A stretch of DNA of 64,000 nt from a virus (Duplodnaviria > Heunggongvirae > Uroviricota > Caudoviricetes): positions 17,335 through 81,334 of IMG/VR virus record IMGVR_UViG_3300020202_000067. One strand, written 5' to 3'. Positions 8,223 to 19,300 of the stretch are shown here, in pieces. Numbering within the stretch: the first letter of the stretch is position 1; each line of letters opens with the position of its first letter. The position numbers and the translations under genes were made by a program. The notes under the pieces are model-generated. The model had not been told where the DNA came from and did not search any database. It worked only from the letters and a program-made list of their open reading frames with translations.

Positions 8223-10354
8223 TGGCTAATGAGCTTTTGACGCCTGCTGGAATTCAACGTCCTGGTCATGGCCAGGACCCTGGCGTTTCTATGCGCCCAT
8301 CAACGGTCCTTCTTTCGCCTGTCAGAGACCCGATGGGTGATGCGCTCAATGAGTTTTCTAGAGATCTGTCGGGCATTGCTGCCACATTCAAAGAACTATA
8401 TAAAACTCGTCAGGACGCGGAAGACAGATCATTTGTTGACAAATATCAACTTGAGTACAATAAGCGCGTCACTCCTATTGAAACGGACGCGCTCAATGGT
8501 CCTGATTCCAGCAAGCCAGACTTTGTGAACAAGCTGGATCAGCGCCTCGCTGAGACGCAGAATTCATTAATGGAAGAGTTGCTATCCAGCGGGCAGTTCA
8601 ATCCGAGCAAGAATGGCAAGGAGGCTGCAATTCGTGCAGCTATGCAATTGCGCATTGCAGCGGCTAGGCGTTCTGCTGTAACTGCGCACAACCAACGCGT
8701 TACTAGAGTTGTTGATGAGGCAACAGCGAATGTTGGAGAAGTGGCAAGGGCTTCTGGAGCAAGTGGAGAGTTGGATGCTGGCATAGACCGAGTTGACTCT
8801 ACCATTAAGTCTCTTGAGCGCGTTCTGCCTCCGGACAAATTGCGTGAACTGCAAAAGACAGCGCGTGAGCAAGTGGTGGAGAGCGTTGTTCGCTCTCATA
8901 TTGAGAGAGGCAATTTTGCTGCCGCTCGAATGCTGCTCGATCGCAATCGCGGCTATGCCGCCAACACGACGGAAGGTGCCATTGCCCAAGCTGCGGCCAA
9001 GCACGGAGTTGATCCAGCCTACCTTGTTGCGGCAGCGCGTGCTGAGTCTTCACTCGATCCTGGGGCGAAGCCAAGGGTCGATCCTGCAACTGGCAAGCGC
9101 CCGTCGAATGCGGCTGGCATTTTCCAAATGGTTCCGGAAACAGCCAAGCAATTCGGTCTTCCAGAAGACGCGTCCACAGCGCCGGTAGAGCAACAGATTG
9201 AAGCTGGCGCAAGGTTCGCGGCGCTCAATAAGAAGGTATTGCAGCAAGCGCTCAAGCGTGATCCAACGCCTGGCGAAATGTATCTTGCGCACTTCCTCGG
9301 TGCTGGTGATGCTGTTAAGGTGCTGACTGCGCCAAAGGATCTTAGCGGCAGAGGCGTATCTCTAGACGGCTTGGTCGGCAGCAAATCAATCGCTGCCAAT
9401 AAAGCCATCTTAGATGGCAAGACGACAGACGACGTTATTGAATGGGCGAACAGAAAAATGCTGGCAGCAGGTGCTGGCGGTTCAGCCAACTTCATCAAGG
9501 AAGACACGCGCATTGCATTGCTGTCCCAGCTTGAAACGCGACAGCACCAAATGGATGTTCGCGCTAGAGAGGAAGCAAATCGGCAGACCAAGCTGATTGG
9601 CGAAGCCTTCTTGAAAGAAGCATTCACACAAGCTAACAATGGAAGGCTCAGCCCAGATTATGTCGAGCAAATCAAGCCTTGGATTTCACCGACAGAATAC
9701 AAAGGTCTGCTCTCGACCTTGGGCAAAGAAGACAATATCGATGATCAAGCTGCGATCGTGGATCTGACCACGCGCATAGACACTGAAGATCCAAATGAGT
9801 TCATGACGCGTGCAACGGACTGGATGAACAAAGGCAAACTTAAGACCGGCACCTACACTGCGATGGTTCAGCGCAATCGCACAGCGTTCAGAGACGATCG
9901 TCCTGCCAGTCCGTTCAAGTCCGGTCGTGAACTTGTCAGCACCTCTTTGGATCCTGGCGCGCTGAGCACAGCCGGACCAGAGGCTACGCAACATATGCGC
10001 GTAGCCAGAGCAAATGCATTGATTGAATTTGACCAATGGATCGAAGCCAATCCGCAGGCCAAGCGCGAAGACATCATCAATGAGGCGCAAAACATTGTGC
10101 GTCGTTATGAGCCTGTGGCGCAAGAACGCATGAAGATGGCTATTGGACTTTCTCGCTATTTCGGAGACAAGTCGCGCAATGCCATTACGATGAAAGAAGT
10201 AGAAGATGCAGAATTGGCTCTGCATCGGGACATTGAGTCGGGAAGGCTCACGCCAGCGCAGCAAGGCTTTGAAATTCGCAAACTAAAGAACTGGCGCGAG
10301 ATCATTGCGCGTGAAACCGCGCTTAAGGCGCAGCAGCCTGGACAAAGGAAATAA
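8222..10354 (+). CDS. internal virion/ejection protein with soluble lytic transglycosylase (SLT) domain (T7 gp15/gp16-like role)
   Basis: 710 aa. 'AESSLDP...PSNAAGIFQMVPETAKQFGL' (~9050-9150) matches the SLT catalytic Glu/Ser and GLMQ-type motifs. Located between the gp14-like gene and the giant ORF. Confidence 0.65.
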   Translation: MANELLTPAGIQRPGHGQDPGVSMRPSTVLLSPVRDPMGDALNEFSRDLSGIAATFKELYKTRQDAEDRSFVDKYQLEYNKRVTPIETDALNGPDSSKPDFVNKLDQRLAETQNSLMEELLSSGQFNPSKNGKEAAIRAAMQLRIAAARRSAVTAHNQRVTRVVDEATANVGEVARASGASGELDAGIDRVDSTIKSLERVLPPDKLRELQKTAREQVVESVVRSHIERGNFAAARMLLDRNRGYAANTTEGAIAQAAAKHGVDPAYLVAAARAESSLDPGAKPRVDPATGKRPSNAAGIFQMVPETAKQFGLPEDASTAPVEQQIEAGARFAALNKKVLQQALKRDPTPGEMYLAHFLGAGDAVKVLTAPKDLSGRGVSLDGLVGSKSIAANKAILDGKTTDDVIEWANRKMLAAGAGGSANFIKEDTRIALLSQLETRQHQMDVRAREEANRQTKLIGEAFLKEAFTQANNGRLSPDYVEQIKPWISPTEYKGLLSTLGKEDNIDDQAAIVDLTTRIDTEDPNEFMTRATDWMNKGKLKTGTYTAMVQRNRTAFRDDRPASPFKSGRELVSTSLDPGALSTAGPEATQHMRVARANALIEFDQWIEANPQAKREDIINEAQNIVRRYEPVAQERMKMAIGLSRYFGDKSRNAITMKEVEDAELALHRDIESGRLTPAQQGFEIRKLKNWREIIARETALKAQQPGQRK

Positions 10355-10358
10355 TTGA

Positions 10359-13300
10359 ATGGCTCCTCCGATTAAGACACCGTTCCCGGTTGCTGATTAC
10401 GCTGATCAAAATCCGACGACCATGGACATCCTCAAACAGAACGAGGAACAGATCGAATTGGCTAATGAAGGGCTAATTCCGCCGAAGAGCATGGCGGAGG
10501 AAATTGCTCCACAATTAGATGAGCTGCGTGCTTCTGAAGTCCGTCAGGCTTCACTGACTCCTGAGGACATTTTCATTCCTCCAAGCAATCCAAAAGAAGA
10601 CGACATCGCCTCGCAATATATTCAGATGGCGCAAGCACGCGACAATGACTCTGCCATTGAAGAGTTCAAGGAGCGTATGCGTGCGCGAGCGTCCACAATA
10701 GCTCCTAATGGACGACCGATGCTGCCAAATGCAGATGGGTCTGTCTCAACAGAAGAGAGCATCACGATAACAGATCCACGCATCAATGGCGGAGCACCAA
10801 CGAACATTCCTAGCATTTGGGGAGGACAGCGTCCTCCTTATAATGCTGGAACGCCTGAAGCGGAAAATTGGGCTGTTGAGAAAGCACTTGAGTCCAAGCA
10901 GCGCTTCCAATCGTATCGCTCAATCGAAGATGCTGTACAAGCCGCGCGTCAGCGCTCTTTGGAGTTAGGCAAAGCCATTGAGCGTGGCCGCCTTGAACAG
11001 CGCAGCGAAGTGAAGAAAGCTACCGACACCATCAATGCGATGGAGTCATTGATCGCGGGCAAGCCTATTAAGTCCGTGACAGAAGCGCAATCCATGACTG
11101 AACTTTTCGACATCATCATGGAACATGCTCAGAAGACTAATTGGTCTGATGCGCCTGGCGCTGTTGCCAAGGATATTGGCAAAGGCTTCTTCGTTGAAGG
11201 CGTTCCGCAGGCTGTCGGTGGCGTCAATCTGGCAGTCAAGAATACTTCACGCGCGTTGGCCGGTCTGGCTGATTGGATGACAACGAATGTTGGCGGTGAG
11301 ATCCCCGTTCCGTCAACAGGTAATAAGAAACTTGACCAAGCAATACAGCGCCCACTCGATTTCATCACCGAGTTGCTGCCTGGCGATGAAGGCATTAAGA
11401 AGGCGGAAACATTTACAGGCATCTTCATTAAGGAAGGTGCGCGCTTCCTCACCGGCTTCATCCCGCTGTTCCGTGCAGGTAAGGCGGCCGGAGCTGGCAA
11501 TATAACCACATCTATCGCTGCCGGCAGTCTGACTGATGCGATCACGCAAACGCCTGAAGAGCCGAACCTTTCTAATCTGATTGAGAAGGTTCCGCCGCTC
11601 AGAAACCCGGTGACGGAGTTTCTTGCCACAGACCCCAATGATCCTGAAGCCCTCAATCGCCTGCGTCAAGGCATTGAGGGCGCTGGCATGGGCGTTCTCA
11701 CAGAAGGTTTGCTCTGGGGAATACGCGCATTGGCCAATGCCCGTAAGGCAGTGCCAGAGCTTGAAGCGCAACGGCAATTGCATGGCGAGGTTGGTGACGG
11801 AACGGTTGTTGCTGCAACCAAGGACGAGCCTTATACCGCAGTTGGTGGAGCCAGTGCTAAAAACCCCTTCGTGCTCGACCTGACCTCAGAAGTGGCAAGA
11901 GAGGAAACTGAGCGTCGCCTGCGGGCGATCTTGACGGGACAAGCTGATGGGCCGGTGATAAAGCCTTCAACACGCCCGCTACAGGATGATTCCTTTGGCA
12001 CACGTATTGAAAAGGAAGAGGTGTTAGGCCTCATCGAGCGCAAGGCGCGGCCAGAAGAGATCTCTGCCCATCCGCTGATTCGCCGCGCAATGGAGCGACA
12101 GAAACGAGATCTTGAGGCGCCACAGATCAGGATTGAAGACATCACTCCTGAACATCGCGCGCAGCGCAAATTTGACTTTAATGGCGAGGAGGTCGTCGGT
12201 TACGACAAGGCCGTGCCGCGCCTTGCGGCTAATGCAGAAGCTTATGCTGGCTCTAACGGCGCCGCTGCGAATAAAGAAGCCATTATCCTCCTCGGCCCAC
12301 CTGCCGCTGGCAAAACAACCATTGGCGACAAGCTCGCGCGTGAGCTCAGATATGCCGTTGTTGATGCAGATGATGTGAAGGCCACGTTGCCCGAATATGC
12401 CGGTGGCGTAGGATCGACGCGCGTGCATCCGGAAAGCACGTTGATCAATGCCATGGTTCTTGAGGAGCTGGCGCGTTCCGGCAAGAACATGGTGATTCCG
12501 AAGCTCGGTCACGGCTCAGAACCAATAGTTGCCTTAGTACAAAAACTCAAGGAGCTTGGATACACGGTTGATGTCGTCAATGTTCGGATGGACGCTGAAG
12601 AAAATTACCGTCGGATGATCTCTCGGTTCATTCACACTGGCCGATTGATTGAGGAGAACTACTTTAAGCAGATCGGAGACCTTCCGACACAGACTTATGA
12701 ACGCCTCAAGAGAGAAGGATTGGTACGTGAAGCAGCCAACTACGATAACTCAACAGCAGCTCCAAAGCGCCTCGAAGCCTCAGAGCGGCTCGCAGCCGCA
12801 ATCGAGAGATCCGGAGGAGGTGGAGACGCAGCTTCAATTGGAGGCGCTGGAGCGCGCCAAGCGCCCCCGCAAATAGAGCGTCTGCGACAGGCCGCTGAGC
12901 CTGTTTACAATGACATGCTGGCGCAGCTCCGCGCCACTGGCATGAAGGAGGAAGAGGCTCTCGCCAATGCTGCTGTCGTGGCTGCACGCTATGCGGCGCG
13001 CGCCGAACGGCTAGGCACCGGCAAGACGGCGATGGATCTCTACAAGGAGTCAGGCCTGCGTGTCGAGCGGTCTGACGCTCCTCCGTCATCTGAGCGCTTC
13101 ATCGTCAATGCAGATGAACCGATGCCTTTCCGCCCAACCAAGGAGCAGACGCTTGAACAGCGTCGTGGTTGGTTTGGCACCGGTTACTGGATCAAAGATG
13201 GCAAACTGCACAAGATTGAAGAAGGCGCACTCGGTCCGCATGGCGATCATGATGGGTGGATCTCCATTGCCGATAATGCCAACAAGCTTGGAGTTGACGA

Positions 13301-16300
13301 AAAGAAATCTGCGGCTTTTCAAATTGCTACATATAATTTCGCGGATGCAAGCAAGAACAAGTGGGTTGACAAATTCTTCAAGAAGCATCCAGAATATGCA
13401 CAGGCCGCAGATGAAGGTACGCCGCTTCAAGACTTTGATTTCTTCGATAGCGACTTCAAAAAGTTTTTCGGAATGGAAGCGCACGAAGCGCTTGCTTGGC
13501 GTCCTGAAGGCATGTTCCGCATGCGCAAATGGCCTGATGGCCAACTCACCATCGACAATATTGATGCCATCAAGGACACTCGCAAATTCATTGAACAAGT
13601 CATGGCGCAGGAGCCGGAACTTCTCAATGGCGTCAAGAGGATCAGTGTCGCAAGCGCCAAGGATGATTCATACATCGATCTGACCGTTGAGCAATTTCTT
13701 GATGGCAAGTGGAAAGGCAAAGGCTACTCCTTCGAACAACGCGGCGCCGCTCCTCCTTTCTTCTCCGTCATAGACCGGGCCGTCGGTGGCGCCTCCTTCG
13801 ACAAGGGCTCGGCGGGCCAGTGGCTGGGGCTGTTGAAGAATACCGCAGGCGTCAAGCAAGAAGAGATCAAGTGGCGTGGCATCGACAAGTTCTTGGAAGA
13901 CCGCAAAGGCCAGATGGTCACCAAGGCAGAGATCGAGGAATGGTTGCGCATCTCTGAGGTGAAGATCAAGGAGATCAGGAAGGACAACGAAAAAGCTGGC
14001 TTCATCGATGAGGATGAAGTCATGGCTGAAGCTGACAGGATTTATCGGCGCTGGTCCAGTGGTGAAAATGTAACGGCCGACTACAGAGAAGTTGAGGCTG
14101 GCCCGAACATTGCCTTCGAAGTTATTGACAATCGCGGCATTGTTATTGAGAGGGTTTATTCTCCTGAAAGTGCTAGAGCGATCGCTGAAGATTTCAACCG
14201 TGCAATCAATGAACAAGATTTTGGTGCACTGGTAGATTGGAGCCAGATCGCTGCAGAACAGATTGCAAAGTCTGATGCAGCAGAAGTAACCCGCCACGGC
14301 ACTCACATCCTCCCCGGCCCAAACTCCAAGTACCGCGAGATCTTGCTGACTCTACCTGACAATGATCGTGTTGTTCCAAATCCTGCAAAAAGGGTTTGGT
14401 GGGTAGATGTTCCGGACAGTCCGGCACCGGCCATGGCCTTCAGCGAGGAACAGGTCGCACAAATTAGGTCTCGCTATCCGGAAGGAACTAATCTTCAGGT
14501 CAGGGAAGAAAACTTCACCGGCGTTGACGTCGCTGACAGCGGCGGCACCTTCCGTGTTGATGATCATTGGCACGAAGACAACGTGCTCGCGCATGCGCGC
14601 GTCACGGAGCGTGAGCTCGGCACCGGGCAGAAAGGCTACCAGTGGGTCAACACTGGTTCAGGCAACAAGAGTCAGATCTTTCCGTCATTGGAAGCGGCTA
14701 ACGGTTACTATTGGTCGCTGCCTGACAATCTGAAGTCACAGATCAAGCTTGCGCATGTCGAAGACCGCAAGGTCAAGACTCTCTTCATCGAGGAGATCCA
14801 GAGCGATTGGCATCAGCAAGGTCGCGAGCGCGGGTACAAGGAGCCGAATGCTAAAGCGGAGCATGAGCGCTTGACGCAGGCCCACAAAGATCTCATCCCG
14901 GAGATCAACAGAGTCATAGAGGAAAATGATCGTCTTGGATTTGATACCGTTCACGAGGCCAGAGGCGCGCTGTGGCGTGATGGAGTTGAGAGATGGGAAT
15001 TCAGCAAGCCAGAAGATCTTGAGATTGCCAAGAAGTACGTTGATGCTCTGAATGCGCTCAGAGAATTTGAAGCCAAGAAATCTGACAAAGCGGTTCCTGA
15101 CGCCCCGTTCAAGAAGAACTGGCATGAGCTTATGCTCAAACGCATGATCAAGCTCGCGGCTGATGAAGGCTATGACCAGATCGCATGGACCACGGGCAAG
15201 CAGCAGAATGATCGCTGGTCGCTGTCGCGTGAGCTGAAGCGCATTGAGTATGACGAAGCGACCAAGCAACTTCGCGCCACGCCAAAGAATGGACGTGAAG
15301 AACTGCACTGGCGCGATGTCGATGGCGAACGTCTGAAGGAGATCGTAGGCGCTGAGATGGCGCGGAAAATCCTGGAGACGCAACCTTCGTCAGTGAGGCA
15401 GGTTGCTCAGATCGAAAACGACATTGTCAAGTATGTCCGGGAATTCACTGGAGATGACAACTTCACCTTTCCTGCCGCCAATGAGCCTGGCAAATGGAGC
15501 ATTATAACTAATCTTGAGAGAAACAAGCCTGCGATGAAACGGCTTGTGCAAGAGTGGCAAGATGCTTCCAATGGCCGCCTTGTTGGCAAACGCATTCTCG
15601 AAGGAGAAGACCTTGAGCTAGGCGGCCAAGGCATGAAGTCGTTCTACGACCGCATGCTGGTCAACGCTGCCAATGATCTCGGCAAGCCGCACAAGGCGCA
15701 GGTGAAGCAGGGCGAGGTTGTTACGGGGCAGAGCCTCGAAACGGTGTTCAGAGGAGAAGCTCCGACTGCAGCGAAGTTGAATGAAGTGGTTGAAGACTTG
15801 CTAGACAAGCAGTCACAAGGCATTCTCACTGGCTTCTCCAGATCCGAAATTAAACATATTGCAATAATTGCAGACGCGATGGAGGGCGGGAAAACATTCG
15901 ATCAAGCGATGCAAGTGCATGGACTTGGGTCAACATACGCTCTCATGCAGAAAGTCGGTTACGATGTGGACATGCGGCCTGCCGTTAAAACCGAACCGGT
16001 CCACGTCCTAGAGATCACGCCTGAACTCCGCCGCACGGCGCGTGAGGATGGCTTTCGGTTGTTCCAGAACCCGCGTGGGTGGGAGGATGCACCCGGCGGG
16101 CCAGATTACTTTGGTCACCCAAAAGGCATCATCGACATCAAGAGCAATGAGGCTGTTGTCAAGCTGTTCCGCACGGCTGACGCTTCCACCTTCCAGCATG
16201 AAGCGGGTCACCTGTTCTTCTTCGAGCTCATGCGCGACGCCGCAATGGATGCAGCGCCCAAGCAGCTCAAGGACGACCTCGACACTGTCTTCCGCTGGCT

Positions 16301-19300
16301 GGGCGTGCAGGACGGCACCCAGCTCACCCGTGCGCACCATGAGCAATGGGCCAAGGGCTTCGAGCGCTACTTGGCAGAGGGCAGCGCGCCTTCACCCCAG
16401 CTCCAGTCCGCCTTCGAGCGCTTCAAGACTTGGCTGATTGAAATCTACCGGTCACTGACCTCCATTGGCGACAAGGAGATCACCGACGAGGTCAGGGGCG
16501 TGATGGATCGGCTGCTGGCCACTGACCCAGAATTGGCCTTGGCCGGGAAGGCACCGCTTGTTGGCCCAGCCGGGCTAACGGGCGACATCCTCGGTGCCGT
16601 GGTGCCCAGGTTGCAGGAGGCCGGGTTCGATGGCCTAGTGACCAAAAGCGTGGGCGGGAAGACCCGCGCCATGGCTCTTCCTGCCCAGCTAGCCGGGAGG
16701 GACAAGCTCGGCGCAGCCATGGAGGCCACCGAAACGGGCGTGCCCTCACAGGTAGTGGCCCAGGGATTGGTCGGCAGCGCGGAGGACGCCGCGAGCCGCG
16801 CAGGCATTGCGCGCGTGCTGCGGACCGATGACAGCCCGGTCGGGGCGACCGGCGAAGGTGCTATAGCACCGGGACCAGATGTCTATGTCAACTTCGGCCG
16901 TATCAATGAACCTGACGACGTCAAGCAGGTTATCCGCGACCTGGCAGACGCCTTCAAGGGCGAGATCAATGAAGCACGGCGCGGTGTGCAATCCAATGAG
17001 GAGACAATCAGACTGGCGGATCGCCTTGGCATGGGGGTTGACGAGCTGCTGCAGCGTCAGAAAGGTCAGCCCTTCAATGCTGAGCAAGCGCTAGCGGCAC
17101 GGCGGCTGTTGAACACGTCGGCAGAACAGCTTCTCGGCTTCGCGGAAAAAGCTGCGCTGCCGACAGCAACGCTTGCCGACCAATACAATTTCCGCCGCAT
17201 GCTCGCCGTGCATCAAGCGATCCAGACTGAAGTGATTGCGGCAAGAACAGAGACCGCGCGTGCACTTCAGTCCTGGGCGATCCCGGCTGGTGGCAATGTC
17301 GAGATGGCACGCAACATTCAACAACTCATCGATGGAGCTGGTGGCGCAAAAGTGACGCAAGAGCTGGCCAAGCGCATGGCCATTCTCAAGGCGCAAGGTT
17401 TGCCGCCTGCTGCCATTGACACTATGGTCAAACGTTCCTGGGCGGCTGTTTCTATGGACATGGTTAAGGAAGCCTTCGTCCTTGGCCTTCTGTGGAACCC
17501 CAAAACGCATGTCGCCAACTTCGCTTCCAATCTTGTCACCGCTGCGCAACAGGTTTACGAGCGTTCAGCCGCAAGAGCGATAGGAGACCTTCTCGGCACA
17601 GCAGTCAGTGGTTCACGCGTGGTTGATGGAGAGGCCATCGCCATGATGTATGGCTGGGTGACGTCGCTCAAGGACGCATTCCGCCTGGCAGGACGCGCTG
17701 CCGTCTATGGTGAAACAGGCCAAGCCATACCTGGCTCCAAGATGGACGAGCGCATTGGCGCGATCTCTTCTCGACACATTGCTGAATCACGTGGTTACTC
17801 TGCTGTTGAGACTCAACAGTTCGTCAGCTCAACAGCAGGGCGCGCCATCGACTTCATGGGAACAGTTGTACGTTTGCCAGGCAATGCTCTGGCAGCAGGC
17901 GACGAATTCTTCAAGACTATCGGCTATCGCATGGAGTTGCATGCACACTCTTTGCGGCAGGCGACAGACGAGGGCTATACTGGACCAGACTTGTGGAAGC
18001 GTATGATGGAGATCGTCAATGATCCTCCTGAGCACATTCGCATCGCGGCCGCCGACGCGGCGCTTTACGCGACATTCCAATCTAAGATGGGAGAGATCGG
18101 CACAGCAATCAGCATGGCGCGCAATGCTGGCAGCTACAATCCAACTTTCGCAGTGCTGCCATTCGTAAAGACGCCTACCAATATTCTGCGCTACACTTTC
18201 GAGCGCACGCCGCTTGCATTCCTTGTGAAGCGCTGGAGAGACGACATCGACGCTGGCGGCGCGCGGCGCGATCTGGCATTGGCTCGCATGTCAACTGGCA
18301 CTGCCATCATGGCTGTTGCTATGGACTTTGCAGCCAATGGACAGATCACCGGCACCGGTCCGCGCGAGCGCGGCCGCAAGGAAGCATTGATGCGCGACGG
18401 CTGGCAGCCATCCAGCGCTCTTGTTGATGGAAAATACTACTCCTTCAACCGTGGCGATCCACTTGCGATGCCGTTCACTGTCATGGGACAAGTCGCCGAG
18501 ATCATGCGTTCCAAGGATCTTGCACCAGAAGACTTTGATCAGCTTCAAGAGATCATGGGCGCGGCCATAGGCATCATGTCAACGACTGTTGTTGACAAGA
18601 CTTACTTCCAAGGCATTTCGCAGATCATCATGGCGATTGAGAGCTCAGAGAAAGGTTCTCAAGCTGCAGCCAATTGGATGAACCGCCAGGTCGGCGGCTT
18701 TGTGCCATTCTCTTCTGCGCAAGGAGTGGTGAAGCAATTCACGGATCCTGTGCAGCGAGAAGTCAACTCGATGTGGGATGGCATTCAGAACCGCCTGTTC
18801 TGGATGTCAGAAAATTTGCCCCCTGTTCGTGATCTCTGGGGCGAGGAGCGTAAGCCGGAAGAAGTGTTCGGTAAGGCTTATGATGTTCTGTCGCCAGCTC
18901 AGGTCACCAAACAGAAGGGCTCGCCCATTGATCAAGAGATCATTCGTCTTGGCGGCTCCATTGAGCGCATCAAGAAGAAGGGCGAATTCATGGGGGCTGA
19001 TGTCAACTTTTATGAATGGCCGAAGGTGTATGACGAATACGTGCGCCTCGCCGGCAATGAGCTCAAGCACCCTGCCTGGGGCGTGGGGCTCAAGGATCTA
19101 TTGAATCAGGTTGTTTCTGGCAAGCATGAGTTGTCTGAAGTCTACAACTTCATGTCGAATGGACCTGAAGGCGGAAAGATGGCATGGCTCAAGAATCAGG
19201 TTTCAGCTTATCGCCGTTTGGCGCAACAAGAGATTATGAACTCAGACAAGTTTCCTGAATTTGTTAATTACGTCAATACGCGCAGACAGCAACGGCAGGA

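Noticed and set aside
8539-10264. Minus-strand ORFs (8582..9004, 9019..9639, 9686..10264 etc.) inside the SLT-protein gene, and the many minus-strand ORFs inside the giant gene (11129..19527)
   Set aside because: Antisense to long plus-strand genes with clear motifs. Low-complexity, no operon context.
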